A stretch of 64,000 nucleotides of DNA, from assembly GCA_951406725.2 (NCBI GenBank), contig OX597815.1:123194001-123258000 (forward strand), read 5' to 3'. The position numbers and the translations under genes are program-made. Shown one piece after another: positions 13,048 through 25,526 of this stretch (within the stretch, counting starts at the first letter, position 1; each line of letters opens with the position of its first letter). The notes beneath the pieces are model-generated. The model was not told the origin of the DNA. It saw only the letters and a program-made list of their open reading frames with translations, and ran no database searches. Source of the stretch: Octopus vulgaris. Taxonomy: Eukaryota.

Positions 13048-13373
13048 ATTATTATTATTATTATTATTATTTGATTAAAACTCTCAGCTTATTTTGCTGG
13101 GTATGATGGAAAGTGTTAGTTGTTCACAGACAGCAAACTAAGATGACTCTTGCTTATTGATCATGCTTCAAAAACTCTGCAGAGAACTCTTGCAGTTCCA
13201 AGCAATGATGATTTTTGTAGATGTTCTGTCTTTACATTTGTACCAATCTCTTTGAGCCATGCTGGTAGTTGGGCACTGATACTTTCAAGCAACCAATTAC
13301 CACTGGTATCATGTCCACTCTTCTTCATTGCCCACAACCTGCATATTTCCCACTTTATGGAGAAAACTTCCAC
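13048..13373 (-). mobile_element. R4/Dong-clade non-LTR element, 3' fragment
   Basis: ORF 13161-13373 KWEICRLWAMKK...LPAWLKEIG....EHLQKSSLLGTARVLCRVFEA matches the typical C-terminus of the R4/Dong restriction-like endonuclease region. It abuts a (TAA)n tract. Confidence 0.75.
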
Positions 13374-14840
13374 ATGATCTTAGAATACTGCAATATTCAT
13401 TTCCAAAAACAGCTAAATCTATATTTCATACTTTCCTTCTGAGTATCTTTTTCTCTACCTTACCATATCTCCTTCATTTTATGTTTTTGTCATTTTGTTG
13501 TTTTCATGTATAAAATGATGGAAATGTGCATTTACTTGTTATAAAGACAAAACATTGCTAGCTATTTTTGTTTTGAAAAGACTTCTAATCATGTGTTCAT
13601 ATGCAGCTAGGATAAAAGTTCTGTTTTCCTCATTAGTCCTCCACATATCAGCCAAGCCCATTATTCTTCTTGTATATCTTACAGACAAATTGCCAGACAA
13701 ATTGCCCATGAACATTTTCCCTTTTGTTTGTAAATTTTTTCTACCTATCTTCATTCACTGTTATTCTCACTGACTGCAAATATCAGCTTCTCTTCCTTTT
13801 CCTGATATACAACTCTCCCCAAGTGTATACAGTATCTGTTATATTGTGGTCTACTTCCTTCATTTCTCACTATATACTGTTAACTAATACTATTAAGAGG
13901 GTATATGTAGCCTCTTAACAACCTTTGCCGTTTCTATTCACTAAAAAGCTTCAGAGTAGCTCAGTATTGATGCTTTTAATTTTGATTTTAGAATATTGTT
14001 GATCCTCTCTATCTTTCATTTCCTTTCAGTTCATCATTTTGTTATAAACTCTTTAGGTGATCTTGGTCAGATTTTAACTACCTTTTCTTCTCTCTTTAAA
14101 CAAGCACAGCATGTTTATTAACACTGAACTGTAACAATTCTAATAGAATGTATGAAATAAACTAATATGTTCATTTTTGTTGTCATTAACGTTAGCTAGT
14201 TAATTCCTTCATTACTTTTGGATTGATGATGTTTTTGTATAGACTTTAAGAGAATCAAGGTAGTATGAAGAGTAGTGGAGACCAATCTGAAAATTTCTTT
14301 GTTCCTTTTGATTTAGTTTTATATTGGAAAATTTATTTCTGTGGTAAGTATAGCTACGTAACATATTAGGTCATTAATACCAGAGATGGTATATACTTGT
14401 AGACTTTTCAGTATTTTAACTTTTTCACTGCCAAAAATAACCTGCATTGCTTAACTCATCTTACTGATGATAAATCTTTCTTATTTCTTCAAATTACTCT
14501 AGTATCAATTTCTCTGATATTTCTAATCCTTATAAATCCAGCGATGTCTTCTTTAACCTTCATCTTTATCATTCCTGCCTTGGCGTAGTAAATTTTCTCT
14601 TCAAATTTTCTTTTTTAAGATGAGCTGGCAGAATTGTTAGTATTATTTTTGAGTTCAAATTCTGCTGAGGTCGACGTTGCCATTCATCCTTAAGTGGGTG
14701 ATAAAATAAGTACTAGCAGAACACTGGGGACGATGTAATTTACTTCATTTGTCCAAGGTGCCACTTTGTAGGAATGAACTTGAAAACATATGGTTGTCAA
14801 GCAAACTTCATCTATCTACCTACCTATTCTCTCTCTCTCT

Positions 14841-14885
<45 letters not shown>

Positions 14886-16122
14886 TGATACTTGTATTGT
14901 TATTTCATTTCTGTGTCTGTTTTAACTTATGATTCTATCTATAGGTTATTGTATTTTGACTTGACATCCTATTGAGCAGATATTCTTTCTAAATTGTGAA
15001 TAATATTATATGTGTAGTTTTTGATTTCTCTATCAGTTTTGTGACTTGGTCTTTAACAGTAACAGTTTTTTGGTTAATGTTCATTCTATGTATCACGTAT
15101 CTTGTTTTGATCTAAATACTTCCTGACAATCTACATTTTCTATGCTTCAAGTAGTTCTACAGTGATTATAAGTTTACTATCACTGCATTTTGACCAGCAG
15201 CAAAGTAGTAACTATAAAGTTTCTCTTTATATTTACTATTGTATTGACCTGTCTTTCTGGTTACTGTACATGATTTAAAAATATATCTACTGCTTTTTTG
15301 TACACGAGGTTGGTGTTGATTACATAGGAATAAATATCCTTCCATTAGAGCTGAAGATTTTGGATAGATAGTATTGTTCTTTAGCATATGGCCAGTTTCA
15401 AACATTTTACAGTTTTTAATTATGCTGATATTTAAAGAATTTAATCATTTTTTAGGAACCTAACCTCATGCTCCAATTATTGTTAATGTCATGTTCTTCA
15501 TTGCATTCTTGAAACTGTTGCATACTTAGCAATTTTTCTCATTTTTGAGACTGTATTGTGGTTCTTAGATATAAGTTGATAAGAAACTGTTTTCTTTTGT
15601 TTCATTTTTTTGCCAACAAATAACATTTCTTTTTCTTCTACCTTTCCTCCTATCTTTGTTGCCTTTGTCACTGTCTTCTTCCATTTTGTCTTCTTTCTTC
15701 AGTCTTCTTGTTTGTTTTTGTCTTGTTTTCTTCTTTTCAGGTCAAAAGTGCAGTAGCAAGGTCATGGCAAACTTATTTTTTCACACTCTCCACAGTCTTC
15801 ACTAAGCATATTCTGTGCAGATTTCATATTTATGTTGAGACCTTTGTGCATATATTACAAAGCACATACATATACATACACATGTGCTACAAAACACATG
15901 CATACAGTTCTAAAATGTTTAAAAATCAACTGAAGAATCCCCCAGGATTGACATATCTTACAATTACAAACACATTCCAATGACTAGAGACACAATTAAG
16001 TACAGACAGAAATTAAATAGGTAATTAATGGTAAATAGAAAGCAGGAACAAATTGAGCCATTTCCCAAGTTTCTCAACTGCTATTATATAGCAACATACT
16101 AATATGTTTAAATAACAAATAA

Positions 16123-16525
16123 GGTGTGGCTGTGTGGTTAAGATGTTTGCTTTGCAACCACATGGTTTTGGGTTCAGTTTCACTGTGTTGCACCTTGGGT
16201 AAGTGTCTTCTATAGCCTTAGGCCAACCAAAGCCTTGTGTAGAGATTTGGTTGATGGAAACTGAGAGAGGTCCATCATGAGTATGTGTATGTCTTTTTGT
16301 CTTTACATCACATGGTAGTTGTAAAACAAGTTTCACCATCATTTAAATGGTGTCCTTCATTTCCAGTCTTCAGTGAAAGTATGTTTGGCCATAGGAAAAT
16401 ATTACCTTGCTTAAAAACTGATGAGGGCTGGCAGTAGGAAGGTTGTCCAGCAATAGAAAATATACCACGATAAACACTGACTGACCTGTGCAAGTGTGTA
16501 AAAGTGGTCATTAAAGTGATGATGA
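16123..16525 (+). mobile_element. SINE family A, RTE-type tail
   Basis: Same head. Tail AGGAAGGTTGTCCAGCAATAGAAAA...AAAAGTGGTCATTAAAGTGATGATGA matches the RTE terminus. Confidence 0.78.
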
Positions 16526-16629
16526 ATGTTATGAGACTATTTTGATGTTGTTGTTAGGGAAATATAAGATAGTTTTATAAATATATGCATATGTATGTAT
16601 GTATGTATTTGTGTGTGTGTGTGTGTGTG

Positions 16630-16659
<30 letters not shown>

Positions 16660-16664
<5 letters not shown>

Positions 16665-16808
16665 TCTCTCCTTGTTTTTTCTGTGTCCCTTTCTGTAGAA
16701 GAGCGTAGGCTCGAAACGTAAAAGACTTTTTCTATTCCTGAGCGTTATACTAATACATCTGTTTTTGTACACCACCTGTCTTCGTCTTTTGTTTTTTTCG
16801 TAAACTCT

Positions 16809-16812
<4 letters not shown>
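16660..16812 (+). mobile_element. Solo Penelope-like pseudo-LTR inside a (TA)n tract
   Basis: Homologous to the end of the GIY-YIG element at 36790-36920. Contains a hammerhead-like motif. Confidence 0.7.
16689..16724 (+). ncRNA. Minimal type-I hammerhead-ribozyme-like motif (variant core)
   Basis: CTTT-CTGTAGA-A-GAGC gtag GCTC-GAAA-CG-TA-AAAG: helix I CTTT/AAAG, helix II GAGC/GCTC, palindromic ACGT helix III. The core has T in place of A6. Confidence 0.5.
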
Positions 16813-16861
<49 letters not shown>

Positions 16862-17027
16862 ACGGACTTCTTTCAGTTTCCATCTACCAAATCCACTCAC
16901 AAGGCTTTGGTTGATCCAAAGCTATAGTAGAAGACACTTGCCCAAGGTGCCATGCCTTGGGACTGAAACCTGGAACCATGTGGTTGGGAAGCAAGTTTCT
17001 TACCACAGCCACTTGTACGCTTAAGTA

Positions 17028-17204
17028 TTGGGTTGGTGCATAATTATTGCAGCTTTTTTCAACAAAAACATCTTTAAATAATTATTCTGGTGCATATTCA
17101 CCATTTACTTGGCAGATGGTCAGACTGTCATTTATAGATGTTTTTGTTAAATATTGTTATTGTCTTTGTTGAAAAAAAGCCACAATAATTATGCACCAGC
17201 CCAA
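17028..17204. mobile_element. Mariner-derived MITE (MADE1-like), 177 bp
   Basis: TA|TTGGGTTGGTGCATAATTATTGCAGCTTTTTTCAACA ... TGTTGAAAAAAAGCCACAATAATTATGCACCAGCCCAA|TA. Confidence 0.85.
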
Positions 17205-17225
17205 TAATACGCACACACACACACA

Positions 17226-17269
<44 letters not shown>

Positions 17270-17618
17270 TTGTCAGACTGTGGCCATGCTGGGGTACTGC
17301 CTTAACAAATTTTTAGTTGAATGAATCAATCACAGCACTTATGTTTTGTTAAGCCTGGTACTTATTCTATGTTTGCCACACTGCTAAGTTACAGGGACAT
17401 AAACACCAGCACCAGTTGTCAAGCAGTGGTGAGGGACAAACACAGACACAAATATACACATACATACATGCACATAAATACACACACATACGCACGTACA
17501 ACACACATATATATATACATACATATCTTGCAGATTTCTAAATCAGTTTTTTAAACTTTATTTTATAGTTTCTACTATATACACGCGACTGCATACATTC
17601 TTTCGTAAATACATAGAT

Positions 17619-17649
<31 letters not shown>

Positions 17650-17786
17650 CACGCACATAAGTAACTTTTAAAATGCTGAGGAAGGGAAAGAAAAGTGGGT
17701 GTGAGGAATACATAGTTTTGAGGAGAGAGGCGATAGATGGCTTTTCTGATGTCCATCGCAAAGAAACACTCACACATACATACATA

Positions 17787-18394
17787 TGTCTACTATACAC
17801 CATTTTAAACTCGTGATTACCTGTGTGTATGTTTGTAAGTGTGACATCCTATAACTGCCGGTCTCTCTACTATTGTAGTGTCTTTCCTGTTACTGTCACA
17901 TATTGTGAAATTTTAAAATTATGTCAAAATTTTCAAATTTGGTATATTGAAATAATTTTCCATGTTAAATCTGATTTTGTTATTTAGTTGTTCCAGAAAA
18001 ATTGCAGAAAAATGTTACTAAGGTTTAAAGTTTAATCAGATTTACTTAATTAGAAAACAGAATTCAGAAGCTGGCATTTTCTGCATAGTAGTTGTCTATC
18101 ACAAAATAAAAGCAAAATCATTACGAGGAGGAATTTTTATTGAACACAAAAATAAAGCATTATGATGACCAAAGTTGTAAGAACTTCTGAAGTTTTAATG
18201 AATAAAGTCATGTGAAATGGTCAAACAGACATTTAAATAATTAAAAAGGGAAAAAATCCTCAAAATTTTTTTTGTGAAAAATTGCACAAATCTGTCCTGA
18301 TCAGAGAAGGCATGGTCTGACAAGGAATAAACAATAATTTAAATAAGACATTCTATTGTAAAAATTGCCCAGCAACGACGGGCTATTCAGCTAG
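17787..18394 (+). mobile_element. Probable non-autonomous Helitron
   Basis: 5' TCTACTATA-like start. 3' hairpin GCCCagcaacgacGGGC followed by TATTCAG-CTAG|T. The 5' boundary is uncertain. Confidence 0.5.
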
Positions 18395-19604
18395 TATTAT
18401 ATATGTTGTTACAAGTTTAAACAGGTTTGCTGATAACTAGGGTAGAGGGTAAAAAGTTTAAAAAGAAGAAAAATAATCTTTTCACAATTTCTTAGTGTTT
18501 GTAGTTGTTAGTTTTCTTGCAGATCCAGTACATATATTTTGTTAATTTTCAACTCAAATGATTTTGAAAACTTTTTCTTTATTCTTTACATGCAATTGTA
18601 CACATAACCTATATTTACATTTATGTTTGTAATACAGTTACTGAATTGTTGTTTGAATAAACAATATAATATAGCTGAAAAATAAGATGTTCTAGTTACC
18701 CTCTAACAAAAACTCTGAAGAAATTAACTTAATCTGTTCTGTGTTAGTTAAATTGAGCTGTGCTAGTTGAGAAGTCTTTTTAATTGTGTAATTATAAAAA
18801 AATCTAGCAACTACAAGCGTGTGTGTTGTCTGGAGACTTTTTTTTTCTATTTATCATTTTAGTCAGATGAGGATGATAAATGCACATGACCTTTGTTGGC
18901 ACTCCCTGACTTGTGAGACTGATGCACACCATGTGTGTGTGTGTGTGTGTGTAAATTGATGCCTTCATGTTGAAATTTCAGGGATTTAGTTTTCTGAGAT
19001 AATGTGAAATAATGATGACTGAGAGAGAGATATTTAAAAGTTTAGTTGAAAGTAGATGTAAATAGGTGAAGACCATATCTTAAAGTTACCAGCTGTGTGC
19101 AGTTCAGAAGATGTTCTCAAATAAATTGGCTCTTACATCCCTGATTAATTTTGGCATTTTTAAACTACTACTTGTTTGGATAGAACTAAGTGTAAGTGCA
19201 TAGGATTTTGTTGTAAAGGAATAATGTTTTTTGCTGTCATTGATGAAAAATAAAAGATTGAAAGAAATAAACAAAACTTTTGTATCGAGCTGCAACTATT
19301 TCAAATATCAGCAGTTGAGATTATTAAATCTGATGTTATTCTTAGGAATAAGATGCATCATTGTCGTTTAACATTCACTTTTCCATGTTTGTATGGGTTA
19401 GGTGGAATTTGTTGAGGCAGATTTTTTACAGCCAGTTGCCTTGTCTGCCACCAACACTCTCCTGTTTCTAAACAACGGCAATATTTCCCCACAGCTGGAC
19501 ATATTTTCAAGGAACTTTGGAAGCTAACAGCATTGCTTGTATGACAGAGTGTTGCTCATTTACAACTGTTAAATGATAGTAAAACAGAATATGTACACAT
19601 GGGT

Positions 19605-22600
19605 AAGGGTCCTTCCTAATGCCAACCATTCCAAGAGTATAATAGGTGCTTTTACATGCTACTGGCATGGATCTCATTTGCACGACACTGGTATCTGCTG
19701 TGACTGCGATTTTACTTGGTTTGATGGGTCTTCTTCTGAAACACGACATAATGCCAAGTCTCTATCATTGTCTTTGTGAGGCCTAATGCTCGAAAGGAGC
19801 CTTTCACATGCCACTGGCATCAGCAACCTTGACTCCGTTAGGCCCAACACTCAAAAAGTGCATTTTATGTGCCAGTTACATGATAACAGCATCAGCCATG
19901 ACTACGATTTCACTTGGCTTGATTGGTCTTTTCAAGCACAGCATATCACCAAAGGTCTTGGTCACTAGTCATTGCCTTTGTATGGCCCAAAGCTCGAAGA
20001 TCATGCTTCACCTCCTCGTTCTATGTCTTCCTGGGTACATTCTGTCAGACATGCACACTAACATTGCACATCCAGGGAAGCATACTGGCTTCATTTCTTT
20101 CAAACCTACACATGTCCTCAGCTGTCAGAACTCATGTCTCACTGCTGTGTAGCATAGCTGTTTGCACACAGGCATCATGCAATCTGCCTTTCACTCTGAG
20201 AGAAAGGCCTTTGTTGCCAGCAGAGCCAGCAGCTCTCTGAACTTTGCCCAGCCTAATCTTATTTTCACAGCTACACTTTTGGAGTATCCACTTCTGCTAT
20301 TAACTTGGTCACCTAGATAATGGAAACTATCTACTACCTCTAGCTTACTCCACTGGCAGTTGATAGAATCTATTTTCTGTACATTTTTGGTGTTTATTGT
20401 ACCTGTGCATCTTCCACGCACAAAAGCTATTTTCCTTGTTAACTTAACTCTGATATTGCTGCACCTCTTATGTGTCCATAGCTTACACTGGGTGTGGAGT
20501 TTCTACCTCTGTCTTCTCTACAGATCAAGCAGGGCCATCTACCTGAAGCGATTTGTGATTTGTCTGCCTTCCTAATAACTAAGACATTCTAGACATTGCT
20601 TCCCTACCAGAAACGTCTTCTCTAGTTCTGGTAGTGGCTCAGCTCTAAGAACAAGGTCATCAGCATAGAGGAGCTCCTAGGGGTAACCTGTCTTAAATTC
20701 CTCTGTTATTGTTTGGAGGGTTATGATGAACAAAAAAGGGGGCTGAGGACTGATCCTTGGTGAACCCCTATTTATACTCTGAATTCTTCGCTGTACTTGT
20801 TGCCAACCTACACCTTACTGGTAATCTCCCTGTACATGGCTTGTACAGCTCTCACTGACTGCATGTCTATCCCTAGTTTCCACACTGACTACCAGGTAAG
20901 GGATCAGGGAATCCTGTCAAAGCTTTCTCCAAGTCAACAAATGCCTAGTACAGAGGTTTATCTTTGGCTATGTATTTCTCCTGTAGCTGCATTACCAAAA
21001 ATATATCATCAGTGGTGCTTCTCCTTGGCACAAAACCAAACTACATCTCATCTAGACTGACTATCTCCCTAATTAGTTGGGCTATGACCCACTCCCTAAC
21101 TTTCATCACCTGATCCAACAATTTGATACCTTTGTAATTATTTCTATCTAAGGCATCACCTTTACTTTTGTATCAGTTGACTATGGTTCTGCTACACCAG
21201 TCATTGGGTATCACTCCTTCATGAACCTACTGATTTACAATACAGGTAACTATACCATAACCCACACCACCAGATATTTTAAGCATCTCAGTAGGAATTT
21301 CTGATGGACCTGGTGCTTTCCCTGTCTTCATATCCTTACTTGCTTTATCTACCAAGCTACTGTTGATTTGGATTGCTGATCAACATATGGCAGACTCACC
21401 TCCTCTCATTCATTCCTTGCGTTCAGCAGTCTCACATAATGGCATTTCCAAGCCTCTTTCTTTGCAGAATCAGTAAATGCAAATGCATCATCATCCATGT
21501 GGACACATTTTTCTCCTATGACATCACAATTTTTTCTCACACACTGTCTTGCAATCCAAAACACTTCAGGTCTTTGATCCTCATGTCGCTGAACATAGGC
21601 AAAGTTCTTCTATTCTGTTTCTCCCTTGGCTAGATATCCTAGCTTCCTGTCAGGCTATCTGATACAATTTCCTGCTACTGCAACTTTTACAGGCCTGTTT
21701 CATTGCTCTAATGACCCTGTCTACAGCATTGTTCCACTGCCATGTCACCCTAGGTCTGGATGGGACTTTGCACCAGACACAGATTTGGTATGTGGCACTC
21801 AGCAAGCTGTCCCACAGGAATTCCAAGTTGCCCTCTATGTTACATGTTTGGATCTCCTTCCTCTCATCAAATTTCTCAATTAGGGTGTCCTTAAATCTCT
21901 GACCATATGAAGGATCCGTAAGCTTCCAAATCCTTCTTCTCCAGATTGGTCTGTTTCTTGGCATCCTTCTGGCCTGGAGTCTAAAGTCACTAATGATTAG
22001 TCTATGTTGGTGGGTACATTCTTCACCAGGGAGGGTCTTTGTATTTCAGAGCAGCTATGCATCCTGCTATCTGGTGAGAATGTAACCAATCTGGCTAGCA
22101 CAGTCACCTGATTGGTAGGTTATCAGGTGGTTGGTTGGCTTCTTGAAGTTGGTGTTGCAGATCAATAGGTTATTTGTACCACAGAACTCCAGTAGCCTTG
22201 TTCCCTCTTCGTTTCAGGAACCAATTCCATGGCCCCCATGTACAACATGGAAGATATTAGGCTGCCATCCAACATGCCCATTGAAATCCCCAGACACAAA
22301 GATGAGATCATTGTCAGTCGTCTTTGAGGTAGCCTGCAGAAGAATATCATAAAAGTGGTCCTTCTGTTCTTTTGTTAGGCCACTTGTAGGGCAAAGGCAG
22401 AGATAATTGTCGCTATACTATTCTGCAAGACTAGCCTGGACTTACTCTATTGCACATTCTGATTAGCTCTATGACCTTATTCACCCATTTCTCTGCAAGA
22501 AGTATGCCCATACCACCTACCCCGTCACTGTTACCTTCCCAGAAGATTTTATACTCATGTGTCTTGCCTGTGAGGAACCTGGCAGAAACTCCTCTCCACC

Positions 22601-22654
22601 TTACCCCTTGGATGCAACATACATCAACATGCCTCCGTTCAAGCATCTCAACAA

Positions 22655-22655
<1 letters not shown>
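19605..22655 (-). mobile_element. Decayed, nearly full-ORF RTE-clade LINE
   Basis: APE endonuclease remnant (VDVCCIQGVRWRG...SDGVGGMGILLAEKWV) at 22431-22646. RT motifs GVHQGSVLSP and LLYADDLVL near 20650-20770. LEVVDSFHYLGD...IRLGWAKFREL. Many stops. Confidence 0.9.
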
Positions 22656-22689
<34 letters not shown>

Positions 22690-25526
22690 AACCTCTTTGA
22701 CTTTCCATCTACTAAATCCACTAACAAGGTATTAGTTGACCTGGGGCTATGGCAGAAGACATTTATCATGTTCACTCTGGTACTTATTTTAATTGGCCCT
22801 CAAGGGCAAAAAGGCAAAGTCTATCTTAGCAGTGTTTGACCTCAGAATATTAAGGGACATTCATAAATACCATGAATTACTTCATCCATTGTCTGAAATT
22901 TTGTTGAGTAGATAAGTAGCTCATGGTAGTATGGGATTTTTATTTGCATAAGCAATGTCTGGATTGAGATATAGTATTGCATTAAATTGTTATGTTTAAT
23001 GTTTATACTTGAGTCAGTCACTTAATGTTTATAGAATCTGACCTTGCTTCCTTGGAGAGGGGAAAACATTGATCTTCTACTTGACTATAGTAAAGAAGGT
23101 TTGCATTAGTCATGCTCTTTCTGCATTAGTAACACTCTTGTTGCTTTAAAAAGATTTAGTAATTCTCTCGCTTCTCTCAAAATAACATTTCAGGACTATT
23201 GAAATGTTACATGTTTGTTCTGTTTTATAAGTAGATATTTGTAAAAACTTGCAGGCCAAATAATATTTGCTATTTCTGGATCAGATTCGCTTTCAGTTTC
23301 TAAATTAAAAGCTCAGAAAACAAGAAAAACTCAAGGTTTGCCAATATATATAATATACTGGATTGAAGCCAATCACTTGTGCCCCCTTCTCTTACAGAAA
23401 TCAGCCTTTTGTTTAAGAAAGTAATTAGCTTTGAGTAGTTTGTCTGCAAATATAAAGTGAAAATGTACACTTCCTCTGAGAAATAGGTATAAATTTATTA
23501 AGTGTAGCTTCATATCATCACATTTAACATTATTAGTATTATATATATATATATTATAGATGATATTCAGAGAAATTTGACTGCCATATTAATAAGTCAA
23601 ATGACCATATAGAAACTCCTACTAGATTTTAGTAATATTAAAGCTAAACATTCAACTAGTTCAAATAGTGTTACAGTGGATGTATGATTAATTGAAGAAT
23701 TACTTTGACATACCTCTTGTTACTAATTCAGCACCAGTGTGTATGAACAAACAAGCAAGTGATGTTTTATGTTGATACATCAGTTTGCTTCTAACATTAA
23801 CTATATTACTTTAATCTATTTGGCCAGTTGCCAGAGTTGTTGACCTTACTGAAAGAAGTGACACCTTGTAAGCCTGTATTTTAAACATGTCTAAAGTTGT
23901 TTAGAGGAAGTTGATTTAACATTTACTTCTTATTTAGAAGGTCCAGATCAGCTCCAGTATGGTGTACTTTATTCAGTTAATAAAATATTTGATTGCGATA
24001 GAGACTGGTATGTGTGATGAGAAATTTGCCTCTCAGCCACTTAGTTTTGAGTTCTGTCCCACTGTGTGGCACCTTGGGTAAATGTCTTCTGCTATAGTCC
24101 CAGGCCAACCAAAGACTTGTGAGTGGATTTAGTAAATGGAAACTGAAAGAAACTCATATGTATATATGTGCAGGTGTATGTCACTGTTTCTTTCCCTTGA
24201 CATCACATGATAGTTTTAAAGAAATATTGTCATTATGTAAGTAGTGTCCTTTTCTCCCAATAAGTGTGAGGAAACTAGTCATGGTCTACATTGATAGAAA
24301 TTATGCTGTGATGGCTGTAATTTGGTCAAGTTTATATACTATGGTGAGAAAAGGGTGCTAATATTTTAGGACCCAATATGCAGAGTCAGTTTTGAAATGA
24401 CAGCACCTTCTTCTCTCCCTAAATCATACAAATTTGACTGACTGCATTGCATTAGAAACAGTATATTTTTAGAGAAGAGTTAATAATGTATTTACATCAT
24501 TATTTTCTAAATGAAGCTAACCTTGTATTTCCAGTGGTCTAATTCATGGCTGGTGTTGTGTTATTGTCCTAAGGTACATCTTGGAATAATTTCTGCTCTG
24601 CAAGATAACTTTTTGAAAATTGTCTTTCCTTTTCATATACCAGTGTAAGCTACTAGATTTTTTATATTTGATCAGGAACAAATTGATCACATTTTCTATT
24701 CACTTCAGTTTATTTAATTTTATTAAACTAAACTCTCAAATTAGAGAGTACAACTGGAACACAATATTTAAAATAATTTCCTTAATGGTGGACTGAGAGA
24801 CTTGTTAGAGCTGTGAACAAAATGAATTGCAGCATTTGTTCTGGCATTTTATGTTCTGATTTCAAATTCGAGTAAGTTCTGCTTTGCTTGTCATCCCTCT
24901 TAGGCCAAGGAAATATAGTATCAGTTAAGTACTGGAATCAATGGTATTGACTACTACTCCCCCACCAAAAAAACCAAAACCCCAAAAAACAAAAAAAACA
25001 AAAACAAAAAAAACACAAATATTTTTAGCCTTCTATCTAAATTAGAATCTGTTATTAATTGGGTGATGATTTGGCAGAGTCATTTGAGCATCAAAGAAAA
25101 TACCTTTGACATTTGTTTTAGTTCTTTATATTCTGAGTTCAAATCCTGCCAATGTCATCTTTGCCGTTCATCCCTCCAGTGTTGATTAAATAAAGTACCG
25201 GGGTTGACTTAATCAAGTAACTTTCTCTCTCTAAATTTCAGGTTTTGTGTTTATTTTAGAAATAATTATTATAAAATAGCATTGGACTATTTTTAATGTA
25301 AGATATTTTTCATACCAATTACCAGTTTTATACTTTTACTAATTTAAAACATAGTCACTGCTTAAGTATAATTTTTGTAATATTGTAAAGTCTAATTTTT
25401 AATTTTATCTATTATGTATTTCTTTTTTTTTTCTTTATTTCACAGGCTTGACAGTCTGTTTTACTGCATATCTTTGACTTGGTCAACAAGAACAATTTTG
25501 GTTGGAGCACTTGTGAAGAACCAACC

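Noticed and set aside
13400-15700. Possible minus-strand decayed LINE ORF (similar hints at 8100-8540 and 33500-34300)
   Set aside because: Composition is suggestive, but I could not recover diagnostic motifs confidently.
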